In this document: positions 1-10,183 of the stretch, piece by piece
How the letters are laid out: every line of letters starts with the position of its first letter
Numbering within the stretch: the stretch's first letter is position 1
From: Pseudomonadota bacterium
GTDB taxonomy: Bacteria > Desulfobacterota > Binatia > Binatales > Binataceae
Direction: 5' to 3'
NCBI GenBank assembly: GCA_021325025.1
Contig: JAJPHZ010000019.1
Location: 72,862 to 136,861, forward strand
Length of the DNA: 64,000 nt
Position numbers and translations under genes: made by a program
Notes under the pieces: model-generated
The model's database searches: none
Seen by the model: the letters and a program-made list of their open reading frames with translations, nothing else
What the model was told of the DNA's origin: nothing

Positions 1-329
1 CGATGCCCATCGCGTCCATGTCGCGCAGACGCGCCTGCGGCTCCCACGCCGCCTCGTTCATTGGATGGCGCACGGCGGGGTCCAGTTCGCCGATTTGGTC
101 CCAGGTCATCCCGGGCCGCCAGATCGCGTGGCGCGGGATGTTGGAATTCATCGTGTCGCGAAACATCTTGCCGTTGACCTTGAGGTAGGACCCCAGCTTG
201 CCCTCCTCGCGCCACAGCGCAAACCGTCCCAGCGTGCGGTACTCCGGTTCCAGGTACTTCTGCCAAAGTTCAGGCGGCTCGACGACATGCGCGTCGCCGT
301 CGAATACCGCAAAATTCTTCTTGCCTGCC
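1..329 (-). CDS. amidohydrolase family 2 (metal-dependent hydrolase, PF04909-like); 3' end runs off the window
   Basis: Reverse-strand translation from the ATG at 329 gives MAGKKNFAVFDGDAHVVEPPELWQKYL..., parallel to the FDCDAHVTEP N-terminus of the paralogue at 417..1802. The frame is open to the window edge. Confidence 0.6.
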
Positions 330-416
330 ATTGCTGAAACTCCAGCCATCCAAAAATCACCGGCACGAAGGCCGGCGCTACGGCAATCCCTAATGTCGAT
401 AATCTTTGCGTCCTGC

Positions 417-1802
417 TCAGCGGCGCAACGCGGCCTCCGGCTCCAGTGCCCGCTTGACCTCCTCGTCGGTGGGCCACCAGTCGGGCCGCTCGATTTCGGT
501 CACGCGGTCGCGGATGATCCTGGAGGGCGGCTTGATGTTGTACAGGCGGCGCGCGTTCTCACCCAGGAACTTGGCCTGATAGGATTCGGGCAACTCGCAC
601 TTGCGCATGGTCTCGATCGCCCGCCACGCGTCGTCACCGTCGTGATGGTAGACGTCGGAGGACCAGGCCAGGATGTCGCCGTAGAACTCGGGCAGGCGCG
701 AGGGCGGCGCCTCATCGCCCTCAAAGCCGGTCACGCAATGCTCGAAGAAGGTCTCGCTGGGCATCTTCTTGAGCGGGTAACGGCGGCGGTCGTTGCGGTA
801 GAGCCGATGGGTCTTGTCGCACTCGTCGAGCAGGAAGCTCAGCCATGTGGAGGACGCCTCGAACACCGCCGCCTTGAGCCTGGGGAAGCGCTCGAAGAAG
901 CCCGACATCAGCACCATCGTGACCCACAGCGCCGCTTCGGCCTGGAAGTTCTGGACGTTGGTCAAAAACACGTGCGGCAGGCCCGATGAGGTCATGCTCA
1001 GATTGATCAGCTCCGCGCCGGAATGCTGCTCGGTGTAGCCCGCGGGCTTGAGCGAGCCGAAGGCCGGGAACGGATGCATGCCGTAGACCACGCCGGTCTC
1101 TTCCATCGCGTGCCACAGGCCGTCGTACTTGGGCTGGATCGGATAGTTGCCCATCGCGTCGATCGGACGCACCAGACCCACGCGGCACCCTTTGGCCGCC
1201 ACGCGATACAGCTCTTGGGTGGCGTATTTGGCGTTTTGCATCGGCAACAGTGCGGCAAAATACAAGCGCTCCGGATCCTCCTGGCAGTACTCCCAGGCCC
1301 AGTCGTTGTAGGCCTTGCAAATGGCCTTGGCGCCCACGTCGTTTTGCAGCCAGGGATAGGTGTCGATATCGGTGGGGATAATCATCACCTGATCGATGCC
1401 CTGGATATCCATGTCGCGCAGGCGCGGCTTGGGTTCGTAGGAGCCGCGATGGTCCAGGTAGGCGGCCTGCTCCTTGGTCAGCGCGGTTTTGGGATTGACG
1501 TTGCGCACGTTGAAGGTGCGCTGGATGTCGTGCTTCATACCCGGTCCGGCCAGCGACAGTACATTGACCATGCCCGGCGTGCCGCCGATGCGCTGGGAGC
1601 CGATGCCCATGCCGGCCTTGCCGTTGACGATGAGCTGGCGGCTTTCAGCGTCAAACCACATCGTCTCTTCCAGCGCCTGCAACTCGCGGCGGCTCAGATT
1701 GTCCTTGGCCCGGTCCCACAACCACGGCGGCTCAGTGACATGGGCGTCGCAGTCAAAGGTTGCAAAGTTTTTGGTCATCGGCGCAAACTTCTGAACGCGC
1801 AT
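417..1802 (-). CDS. amidohydrolase family 2 protein (ACMSD-like metal-dependent hydrolase)
   Basis: 461-aa ORF with N-terminal ..FDCDAHVTEPPWLW.. motif typical of amidohydrolase-2. GGGAGGTG SD lies 4 nt upstream of the ATG at 1802. It is tandem with the partial paralogue upstream. Confidence 0.75.
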   Translation of the reverse strand: MRVQKFAPMTKNFATFDCDAHVTEPPWLWDRAKDNLSRRELQALEETMWFDAESRQLIVNGKAGMGIGSQRIGGTPGMVNVLSLAGPGMKHDIQRTFNVRNVNPKTALTKEQAAYLDHRGSYEPKPRLRDMDIQGIDQVMIIPTDIDTYPWLQNDVGAKAICKAYNDWAWEYCQEDPERLYFAALLPMQNAKYATQELYRVAAKGCRVGLVRPIDAMGNYPIQPKYDGLWHAMEETGVVYGMHPFPAFGSLKPAGYTEQHSGAELINLSMTSSGLPHVFLTNVQNFQAEAALWVTMVLMSGFFERFPRLKAAVFEASSTWLSFLLDECDKTHRLYRNDRRRYPLKKMPSETFFEHCVTGFEGDEAPPSRLPEFYGDILAWSSDVYHHDGDDAWRAIETMRKCELPESYQAKFLGENARRLYNIKPPSRIIRDRVTEIERPDWWPTDEEVKRALEPEAALRR

Positions 1803-1996
1803 CGCGCACCTCCCTGACAGTCCTCAGGCGATGTGATTTTCATCAATCCCGCTTCGCATCGTACTACCGCAGCCGCCTTTGTACCATAGCAAAGCGGCCC
1901 GCGAAAATCCCCGATATTGACGCCGCCGCGGGCCGCGTTCTATGTGATGCGCAGCTATCCCAAAGCGGCGTGAATTCCAGCGCCCGGAGGTTCCCC

Positions 1997-2839
1997 ATGC
2001 GTCAGTTCAAGGTTCTGCTCGACAATCTGTGCTTCGGCGAAGGTCCACGATGGCACGACGGGCGGCTGTACTTCTCCGACATGCATGGGCACACAGTCAA
2101 TGCCGTCGACCTGGACGGACGCGCCGAACTTATTGCCGAAGTGGCGCAGTCGCCCTCGGGCCTGGGATGGCTGCCGGACGGGCGGATGCTGATCGCTTCG
2201 ATGCATGACCGCAAAGTGCTGCGGCTGGAGGGCGGGAGCCTGAGGCTGCACGCCGACCTCAGTTCCCTGGCATCATCGCTCTGCAATGACATGGTGGTTG
2301 ACGCCGCCGGACGGGCCTATGTCGGCAACTTCGGCCACGACTTTTTCAAGGGCGAGCCGCAGAAGTCCGCGGAGGTGATCCTGGTCAACCCCGACGGCTC
2401 GGCGCGCATCGTGGCGTCCGACATGATGTTCCCCAACGGCAGCGTGATTCCGCCCGGCGGCCGGACGTTGATCGTGGGCGAGTCGATGGCGCATCGGCTG
2501 ACCGAATTCGACATCAACGCCGACGGAACGCTGGCCAATCGCCGCGTGTGGGCGGAACTGGGCGACAGCCTTCCCGACGGCATCGCGCTGGACGCCGAGG
2601 GCGCGATTTGGGTCGCATCGCCGTTCACGCACGAGCTCACCCGCGTAAGAAAAGGCGGTGAGGTGGTGGAGCGCATCCAGCGCGAGCAGATGCCGATCGC
2701 GTGTGCGCTGGGCGGTCCCGGCCGCCGCACGCTGTTCCTGCTCACCTCCGAAACCGTCGTGCCCGACGAATGCCGCCAAAAACACAGCGCGCGCATCGAG
2801 ATGACGGAGGTCGAAGTTCCCGGCGCCGGCCTGCCCTAG
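1997..2839 (+). CDS. SMP-30/gluconolactonase/LRE-like lactonase
   Basis: Translation MRQFKVLLDNLCFGEGPRWHDGRLYFSDMHGHTVNAVD... matches the senescence-marker-protein-30/gluconolactonase beta-propeller N-terminus. GGAGG lies 7 nt upstream of the ATG at 1997. The listed ORF starts earlier, at 1760, but has no SD. Confidence 0.7.
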   Translation: MRQFKVLLDNLCFGEGPRWHDGRLYFSDMHGHTVNAVDLDGRAELIAEVAQSPSGLGWLPDGRMLIASMHDRKVLRLEGGSLRLHADLSSLASSLCNDMVVDAAGRAYVGNFGHDFFKGEPQKSAEVILVNPDGSARIVASDMMFPNGSVIPPGGRTLIVGESMAHRLTEFDINADGTLANRRVWAELGDSLPDGIALDAEGAIWVASPFTHELTRVRKGGEVVERIQREQMPIACALGGPGRRTLFLLTSETVVPDECRQKHSARIEMTEVEVPGAGLP

Positions 2840-2995
2840 CCGGATTGACAAACTATCGTCGTACGATTAGACCCGAAACGGCCAGCCGCCAGTAGTCCCT
2901 CTCCTTCGGCTGGCAGAGGCGGGTCGCTGCTCGACGCTGCTGAACTCTCAGCTTTCCGAATACCCGGCGATCCAATGTCCTAATCAACGTCGAGG

Positions 2996-3208
2996 ATGTT
3001 GGCGATGAAATATTTTCTGGCGCTGGCGGTTATTGGCAATGGCCTGTACTGGCTTGCACGCGGAGACAGCCTGGCAGGCTCCGCGGAAATCTTCCTCGCC
3101 GTCGCGGCTCTGGTCGGAGTGATCATCTATCAGCACGCGGAATATGAAAAAGAACTGGAGCGCAAGAAGCGGCTGCTTCACGTCAAGAGCCCCCGCCGGC
3201 GCAATTAA
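2996..3208 (+). CDS. small hypothetical membrane protein (two predicted hydrophobic helices)
   Basis: 70-aa ORF (MLAMKYFLALAVIGNGLYWL..AVAALVGVIIY) with a GAGGA SD just upstream. Only the hydrophobic pattern supports it. Confidence 0.35.
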   Translation: MLAMKYFLALAVIGNGLYWLARGDSLAGSAEIFLAVAALVGVIIYQHAEYEKELERKKRLLHVKSPRRRN

Positions 3209-3453
3209 GGCCGCACGGCGCCGCCGACGCGATCAAAACCAAAAAACATTTGTCGGGGCTGCAAGGCTACCGGAACCCCGCCCTCTCTACCGCAACTGAT
3301 TGCGGGAGGGGGACAGAAAAACACGAAGAGGATAACTTCTTGTCTGCCCGCGGTTGCGGACGAGGTCCGCCGCCGCAAACGAGGAACGGGCAGCAAAGCG
3401 AGTTTGCGCCAGCGAAATCGCTCTGCGGGCGGGGTGGACCAGGTTCTGTGCGA

Positions 3454-6069
3454 TCACACGGTCAGGCGGCGCACCAGGGCTTCGGCGATCAGCAGCAGCA
3501 TCGCGGCGGCCAGCAAGGGCTGCGCGAGGCTTTGCATGTGTTTGAATTCGGGGCGAGCGGTCAGCGCTTCGGCGACCGGCGGATTGAGGCGGCCGCCGGT
3601 GGCCGCGGCCAGACGCTCCAACAGGTCATAATTGGGGCGGCGACGCGGCAGCTCCGCAAATGCGGCGGGGCTGACGGTGTAGGCCAGCGGCGGAAAGGGC
3701 CGCTCCTTGCCGTTCTGACCCGATCTGAGCTCGATGTAGTAGGTGCCCGCCGCGGGAGCGGCGAAGCTGCCGGAAAGCTCGCCCACCGCCGATTGCGACA
3801 GGACCAAATCCTCACGCGCGCCGTCGGGCCGCAGCACACGCGCACCGACCAGAGCGAGCGCCTGCCGGGCGTCGGCGTCGTAGTCGGTCAACTTGAACTC
3901 GACCCGACCCTCGCGATAGCCCATCGACACATCGAACTTGGGCACGTTCTGAGCCGGCGGCGTCATCCATTCCAGGATGCGATCCCATACGGCGGCGAAC
4001 TGATTGTCGCGGATCCACGGCGAGGCCCATCGCCCGCCCGCGTCGGTGGTCACGGCCAGGGTCTTGCCCGCGCCGTAGCGCGTGCTGGCGATCAGCGGCT
4101 CACGCCCCCCCTCGCGATTGACGAACGCGTGGAGCGCGGCGCCGGGCCGGAGCTCCGTGCTGACGTAGCCCTTGATGGGCGGAAGGGCGCGCCCGGCCAG
4201 GCTTTTGAGGATACCATCGGGGCGCGACGTCTGCGGCACAAATTGCTTCTCTACCATCGTCTTTCGCTCCGCACTGTGCCGGCCCACGTCCTGCAATACG
4301 ATCTGCGGCAAGGCGCTGGCGCTGGAGGTCTGATAGAGCGCGCCGCCGCCGTACTGGCTGATCGCGTCGAGCAGCCGCACGTTGGCTTCGTTGCCAATCG
4401 CGATAGTGGAAACCGTCACGCCGCCCTGACGATGCATCGTCGCGACCAGGTCGTAGTACATGGCCGCGGTGCCGCCGGTCTCGCCGTCGGTCAGGATGAC
4501 GACGTGCTTGATCGCGGCGCCGCTTGAGGCCAGGTCGCGGTCGGCCTGCTTGAGGGCGGGCATCAGGTAGGTGGTGCCGCGCGCCTTGAGCCGGTCGATC
4601 ATCTGCGCCAGGTAGGGACGCGCCGTGCGCATCGGCTCCAACGGCACGACCACGAAGGGCTGCGAGTCAAAGCCGATCACTTCGATCAAGTCGTTGTCCT
4701 TGAGCGTGCCCGCCGCGGCGCGCGCAGCTGCCTTGGCATAGTCCAGCTTCTCGTTGCGGCCCATCGAGCCCGACTTGTCGATGATCAGCACCAGGGCACG
4801 CTGGCGCTCCTTATGCTCGGGCGGCTTCATGATGACCGGCATGATCGCCTCCAGTTCGCTGCCGTGCCATCCGCCCAGCCCGAAGCTGCGATCGCCGCCC
4901 ACCATCGCTAGCGCGCCACCTGCGCCGACGTAGCGGGTCAATGCGTCCTGGGTCGCGCCGGGCACCTGGTCGCGCGCCACGTTGACGAGCACGACCGCGT
5001 CGAAGCTGCGCAGATTGGCGTTGAACCGGGTGTCGGCGGGTCCCACCACCTCCGGCTCCATCCCCATCCGGCGCGCCACTTGCGCCAGATAGCCCGCGTC
5101 GCGTGCGCTGGCGGCGAAGATCAGCATCCGGCGCTTGGCGCCGATTCCCACCCAGCTCTGCAGCGAGTCGTTCTCATGGTAGAGGTCGTCGGCGCCCCGC
5201 GACGCGGTAAAGGTCGCGCGATACGACGTCAGGCCGGTACCGGCGCTGCGCACCGGAAAATCCAGCCGCACCGAGCCCGGATTGAGCGCGACGTTGCGCT
5301 GATCGATCAGCCGATCCTTTTCGAACAGGCGCACCGTGCCGGCCACCGGATGGTCATTGAGATTGGTCAGCGCGACGCCTACCGTGAATGAATCGGTGTT
5401 CGCCAGCGCATGGGGCGTCGATACTTCGGTGACTGCAACATCATTAATCTCCGAAGCACCGGGTGGGGTGAAGATGTAAAGCTCGGTGTGCGCGGCACGC
5501 AATCCGGCGACTTCCTGTGCGGCGTCGCCCTGGTTTTCCCATCCGTCGGTCACCAGCACAACCGGTCCGCCGCCCTCGCCCAGCGCGGTCAGTTTGGCGA
5601 GCGCGCCGGCCAGGTCGGTTGCCCCGGGCTTGCACACGGCGCATCCGGCGCGACTCGTCAACGACGCGATCGCATCGCCCATCGGTTCGGCCACCGGCTG
5701 CCCGGCGAAGATGATCGCCGGGTCGCTGGCGCGCAGCTTGAGTTGATTGCGAACCAAATCCTCGGTCCACGCCCGCATCGGGGGTGTGATACTGGCCGAC
5801 GCGTCGAGCAGCACCGGACGGGCCGCGCCCTGTGAGGTGCTCAGCCGATAGGGTCCGGCGATCGCCACCACCACCAGCGCCATCACGAGCGCGCGCATGA
5901 TCGGCGCGGCCGCCTTGCGGATCGCAGCCACACGCACGATCCACCATGCCAGCAGCGCGCCCACGCCGATCAGCAGGTACAACGCCTGCGGATGGCTCCA
6001 GGTGACGCCGCGCGACATAACGATGTCGCGCAGCGCGGCGATGTCGCCCAGGGACGAAAGCTCGCGCAT
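3454..6069 (-). CDS. large vWA-domain membrane protein (BatB-like) of a MoxR/Bat operon
   Basis: Contains LVLIIDKSGSMG...VVILTDGETGG, a vWA MIDAS-type motif, an N-terminal hydrophobic segment and a second VLLDASAS motif. The start is set to the ATG at 6069 (MRELSS). A GTG at 6102 would overlap the upstream stop in GTGA and cannot be excluded. Confidence 0.65.
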   Translation of the reverse strand: MRELSSLGDIAALRDIVMSRGVTWSHPQALYLLIGVGALLAWWIVRVAAIRKAAAPIMRALVMALVVVAIAGPYRLSTSQGAARPVLLDASASITPPMRAWTEDLVRNQLKLRASDPAIIFAGQPVAEPMGDAIASLTSRAGCAVCKPGATDLAGALAKLTALGEGGGPVVLVTDGWENQGDAAQEVAGLRAAHTELYIFTPPGASEINDVAVTEVSTPHALANTDSFTVGVALTNLNDHPVAGTVRLFEKDRLIDQRNVALNPGSVRLDFPVRSAGTGLTSYRATFTASRGADDLYHENDSLQSWVGIGAKRRMLIFAASARDAGYLAQVARRMGMEPEVVGPADTRFNANLRSFDAVVLVNVARDQVPGATQDALTRYVGAGGALAMVGGDRSFGLGGWHGSELEAIMPVIMKPPEHKERQRALVLIIDKSGSMGRNEKLDYAKAAARAAAGTLKDNDLIEVIGFDSQPFVVVPLEPMRTARPYLAQMIDRLKARGTTYLMPALKQADRDLASSGAAIKHVVILTDGETGGTAAMYYDLVATMHRQGGVTVSTIAIGNEANVRLLDAISQYGGGALYQTSSASALPQIVLQDVGRHSAERKTMVEKQFVPQTSRPDGILKSLAGRALPPIKGYVSTELRPGAALHAFVNREGGREPLIASTRYGAGKTLAVTTDAGGRWASPWIRDNQFAAVWDRILEWMTPPAQNVPKFDVSMGYREGRVEFKLTDYDADARQALALVGARVLRPDGAREDLVLSQSAVGELSGSFAAPAAGTYYIELRSGQNGKERPFPPLAYTVSPAAFAELPRRRPNYDLLERLAAATGGRLNPPVAEALTARPEFKHMQSLAQPLLAAAMLLLIAEALVRRLTV

Positions 6070-6098
6070 CCAGGGCAGGTTGCGAATCGAGTCGAACG

Positions 6099-7907
6099 TC
6101 ACGTCAGCCCTTGAGCATAGGCGCGCCTGCGCCGGTAGGTAAACAACGCCTCGCATGCGGCCAGCAGCAAAATCGCGGCGAGCAGGTAGGGGGTGAAAGT
6201 CTGACGCTCGGAGAAGTCGGCGGCCTTTTGCACGTCCGCCGGGATATCCAGCTTGATGGTTGGCGGGTTCTCCAGGTTGGATTGGTTGAGGTCGGCCAGA
6301 TTGACCGCGCGCAGCCGTTTCTGCGAGCCCGGTCCGATCAGTTCGTAGACGCCCTGTTCGGTGTCGCGGGTAAACGGAGTTCCGGGCTCGACGCGGATTT
6401 TGGTCCCGCTCGGCGTGATGATTGCGCTGACGCCCGCCGGCACGATCCACGGCTCCCCGGTGCGGTAGCCGGCGTCCTCGGAACCGAAGTTGGAAAGATA
6501 GCCCAGAATATTGAGCGTCAGGATCGACATCGGCAGGTTGCTGCGGCCCAGATACGGAAACGGATTAAATCCGAGCACGACGTAACGATGGCCCTGATGG
6601 GTGCCCTGCAGGATCAGGGAGCCCAGGTTGCTGTTGACCACGCTATGCATCCACGGATGCACCGCGAAGGATTCGGGCTGGCGCAGCGGCAGCAGGCGGA
6701 AATTGACGCCGTCGGTCAGCGGGTCGGGCGAGCGCCAGTCGGTAATCTGGGTCGTCGCGCCGGGCACCAGGCGCAGGCCGAAGACGCTGTCGCCGCCGGG
6801 CGGCATTATCAGCAGGGCGTTGGCGGCAGGCAGCTCCTTGGGCATCCCGTATTCGAAGATCAGCAGGTCGGCGTGGGCCGCGTCGGGCGAATAGTTCTCC
6901 GGCGACATGGTGCGGACGCTGAGCTGCGGCAGCGATCCCAATCCCGCCGCGTCGGCCGGCGTGGGGCTGACGAACAGCACCTGGATCTGGGCGCCGGTTG
7001 CAGGCGTCGCCCACGCCACGTTGTCCAGCGCAAAGGCGTCGGCCGGCGTGAGGTCGGCGCGATAGACCTGCGCCGGCGCCAGCGTGGGAAACTCGACCCC
7101 GGTTATCTCCTGCGCGGGCACGCGCGCCTGCGCCCGGGTCAAGGTTTTGCCTTCGGCGGAAATCGCAACCTCCAGCGTTTGCGGCTGCGCGCTGAAGTTG
7201 GCGATGGTCAGGCGCGCCTTGAGCGCGCCCGAGCCGAATTGCGCGCCACCCACCGCAAATGACCCGATGGCGTAGTTGGGGATTGGATCGCCCGCTTTGA
7301 AGACGTGCAAATCCGCCGGCAGCGGTTGGCTGACTGGATCGGCGGTGGCGAAAAAGCATTGGGTGAAGCGATGGCCCGCGACGATGTCGCGCAGCATCCG
7401 CCCCACCGCCACCGTGCTTTGCGCGGCGTCCACGGTGCGCACCCTTGCGATCGCCGAGCGCGCCTGTGCCGGGCTCAGGCCATCGGCAATCTGGCGGGGC
7501 TGCGGCGCGGTCACATACAAAGTGACCTCGACGTCGGCCTGATTGGGTATCGCCCGCTCCAGCGCCGCCTTGGCCGCCTCCAGGCGCGCGCCCGGCGGCG
7601 TGCCGGCCTGCATCGCGGCCGAGTTGTCGAGCACTACCGCGACCGGCGTATGCCGATGAATTACGTACGGCTGCGCCATCGCCAGCACGGCCAGGCTCAA
7701 AATCAGCACTTCGATAACAAACAGCCAATCCAGCCGCGGCCGTCCCCAGGGACGCTCCGCCTTAAGCCCGCGCAGCGCGCGGTAGCCCAGCACGCTGCTG
7801 ACGATCACGCTGCGCGGGCGCTCGCGCACCAGGTAGGCGATCAGCAGCAGCGGGATGAGCGCGAAGAAAACCAGCGCGCCCGGAGCAAGAAAACCCATCG
7901 GCGGCAT
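6099..7907 (-). CDS. BatA-like aerotolerance-regulator N-terminal domain / vWA protein
   Basis: N-terminus MPPMGFLAPGALVFFALIPLLLIAYLV resembles the BatA N-terminal domain, followed by vWA-like VAVVLDNSAAM. It lies in an operon with DUF58 and MoxR. Confidence 0.7.
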   Translation of the reverse strand: MPPMGFLAPGALVFFALIPLLLIAYLVRERPRSVIVSSVLGYRALRGLKAERPWGRPRLDWLFVIEVLILSLAVLAMAQPYVIHRHTPVAVVLDNSAAMQAGTPPGARLEAAKAALERAIPNQADVEVTLYVTAPQPRQIADGLSPAQARSAIARVRTVDAAQSTVAVGRMLRDIVAGHRFTQCFFATADPVSQPLPADLHVFKAGDPIPNYAIGSFAVGGAQFGSGALKARLTIANFSAQPQTLEVAISAEGKTLTRAQARVPAQEITGVEFPTLAPAQVYRADLTPADAFALDNVAWATPATGAQIQVLFVSPTPADAAGLGSLPQLSVRTMSPENYSPDAAHADLLIFEYGMPKELPAANALLIMPPGGDSVFGLRLVPGATTQITDWRSPDPLTDGVNFRLLPLRQPESFAVHPWMHSVVNSNLGSLILQGTHQGHRYVVLGFNPFPYLGRSNLPMSILTLNILGYLSNFGSEDAGYRTGEPWIVPAGVSAIITPSGTKIRVEPGTPFTRDTEQGVYELIGPGSQKRLRAVNLADLNQSNLENPPTIKLDIPADVQKAADFSERQTFTPYLLAAILLLAACEALFTYRRRRAYAQGLT

Positions 7908-8244
7908 CGCTCGTCAACTCCCGAAAACAATGAGAAATGCTCGCTGCTGATGGAATCGGCCCGGCTGCTCGAAGCTTATCCGGGCCCTCACCGGCCGGCC
8001 GATTTGCCGAAACAAATCGCCCGGCGATCCTTCGGCAAGCTCAGCACAGGCTCTCTCCCGGCTTGCGCCTGCGGACCAGGCCGCAGGCGCCGGCGAGGTC
8101 AGACAGGGCCGGCTCTTTTGGTTTCCAGGGAGAGGGCGAGGGCCAGCGCTCCACCGCCCAGCGTGCATTTGGATTGCGCTGCCGGTGCGGCGGTCGGGCG
8201 CCATATCGATTAGGTGTGGTCCCACGACCGGTCTTGCCATGCGC

Positions 8245-9144
8245 TCAGTGCACCAGGCCCAATTCGGTGACGGCGCGGATGAAGAAGTCCTGGAAGCTGC
8301 GGTCGGTGGTATACAGGGTGTAGCGCAATCCGCGTTGCAGGCACATCGCGCGGATCTCCCGCGCCAGCCGCATCAGCGTGGCGCGATACTGCTCGCGCCC
8401 GCGCCGGCTTATCGACACGCGCAGCCGCTCGCCGCTTTCGCAGTCGACCACCTCCACGTCGCCCTCCAGGTCGCCCGCTGCGAGCTCGCCGCCGCCCAGC
8501 ACCTGCACTGCGGTGGCGTCCATGTTGGAAGCAACGAACAGGCCCATCGCCTGCGCGATCGAGTTGAACATCATCTGAAAATCGGAGATCACGAAAACCT
8601 TGCCGGCCCGCTTAAGCACCGCCAGCTCGCGCGCCAGCTCGGGCGCGAGGTCAAGCTGGCCGGCGGGCTTGATGGCAGCCAGTTGGCGCGCCAACTCGAC
8701 AATCCGATGGCGTCCGGTGACGAATGCCGGTGCGCTCTTCCTGCCACTGCCGCCCAGCACCCGCACCATGACGCGATCGCCCGAAGACAGCGCCACATAG
8801 GCCAGCGCCAGCGCGATGCTGACCGCCGCGGCGAACTTGCGGTCGCCCCCCGGAAAACCCATCGAGGCGCTGGCGTCCACGAAGATATAGGTCAGCAGGT
8901 CCTCTTCTTCCTTGAATAACTTGATGTAAAGTTTGTCGCTGCGCCCGTAGAGGTTCCAGTCGATGTAGCGGAAGTCGTCGCCGGGCGCGTAATGGCGGTA
9001 ATCCGCAAATTCCAGCGAGGAGCCGCGCCGCGGCGACAGGTGCGAGCCCTTGCCCTGGCCGGCATACTCGCGCCGGGTCTTGATGCGCAACTGCTCCAGG
9101 CGGGCCAGGAAGTCGGCAGTGAACTCGTCGGGTAGTCCGAGCAT
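8245..9144 (-). CDS. DUF58-domain protein (MoxR-associated)
   Basis: GSHLSPRRGSSLEFADYRHYAPGDDFRYIDWNLYGRSDKLYIK matches the conserved DUF58 core. It sits immediately downstream of MoxR. Confidence 0.8.
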   Translation of the reverse strand: MLGLPDEFTADFLARLEQLRIKTRREYAGQGKGSHLSPRRGSSLEFADYRHYAPGDDFRYIDWNLYGRSDKLYIKLFKEEEDLLTYIFVDASASMGFPGGDRKFAAAVSIALALAYVALSSGDRVMVRVLGGSGRKSAPAFVTGRHRIVELARQLAAIKPAGQLDLAPELARELAVLKRAGKVFVISDFQMMFNSIAQAMGLFVASNMDATAVQVLGGGELAAGDLEGDVEVVDCESGERLRVSISRRGREQYRATLMRLAREIRAMCLQRGLRYTLYTTDRSFQDFFIRAVTELGLVH

Positions 9145-9153
9145 CGATTTTTG

Positions 9154-10167
<1,014 letters not shown>

Positions 10168-10183
10168 CTCTTCTCCTTGACGT

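Noticed and set aside
3250-4527. 425-aa plus-strand ORF and many other long ORFs antisense to real genes (for example 6111-7262, 6643-7728, 22182-22975, 32992-34611, 41138-42403, 47560-49701, 53616-55610, 62697-63737)
   Set aside because: They are artefacts of high GC, which keeps alternative frames open. Their translations are Arg/Ala/Gly-rich with no domain signatures, and all overlap well-supported genes on the other strand.
6100-6102. GTG start for the large vWA gene overlapping the upstream stop (GTGA)
   Set aside because: Plausible but not preferred. The ATG at 6069 (MRELSS) gives a conventional N-terminus; neither start has a strong SD, so the alternative is noted.
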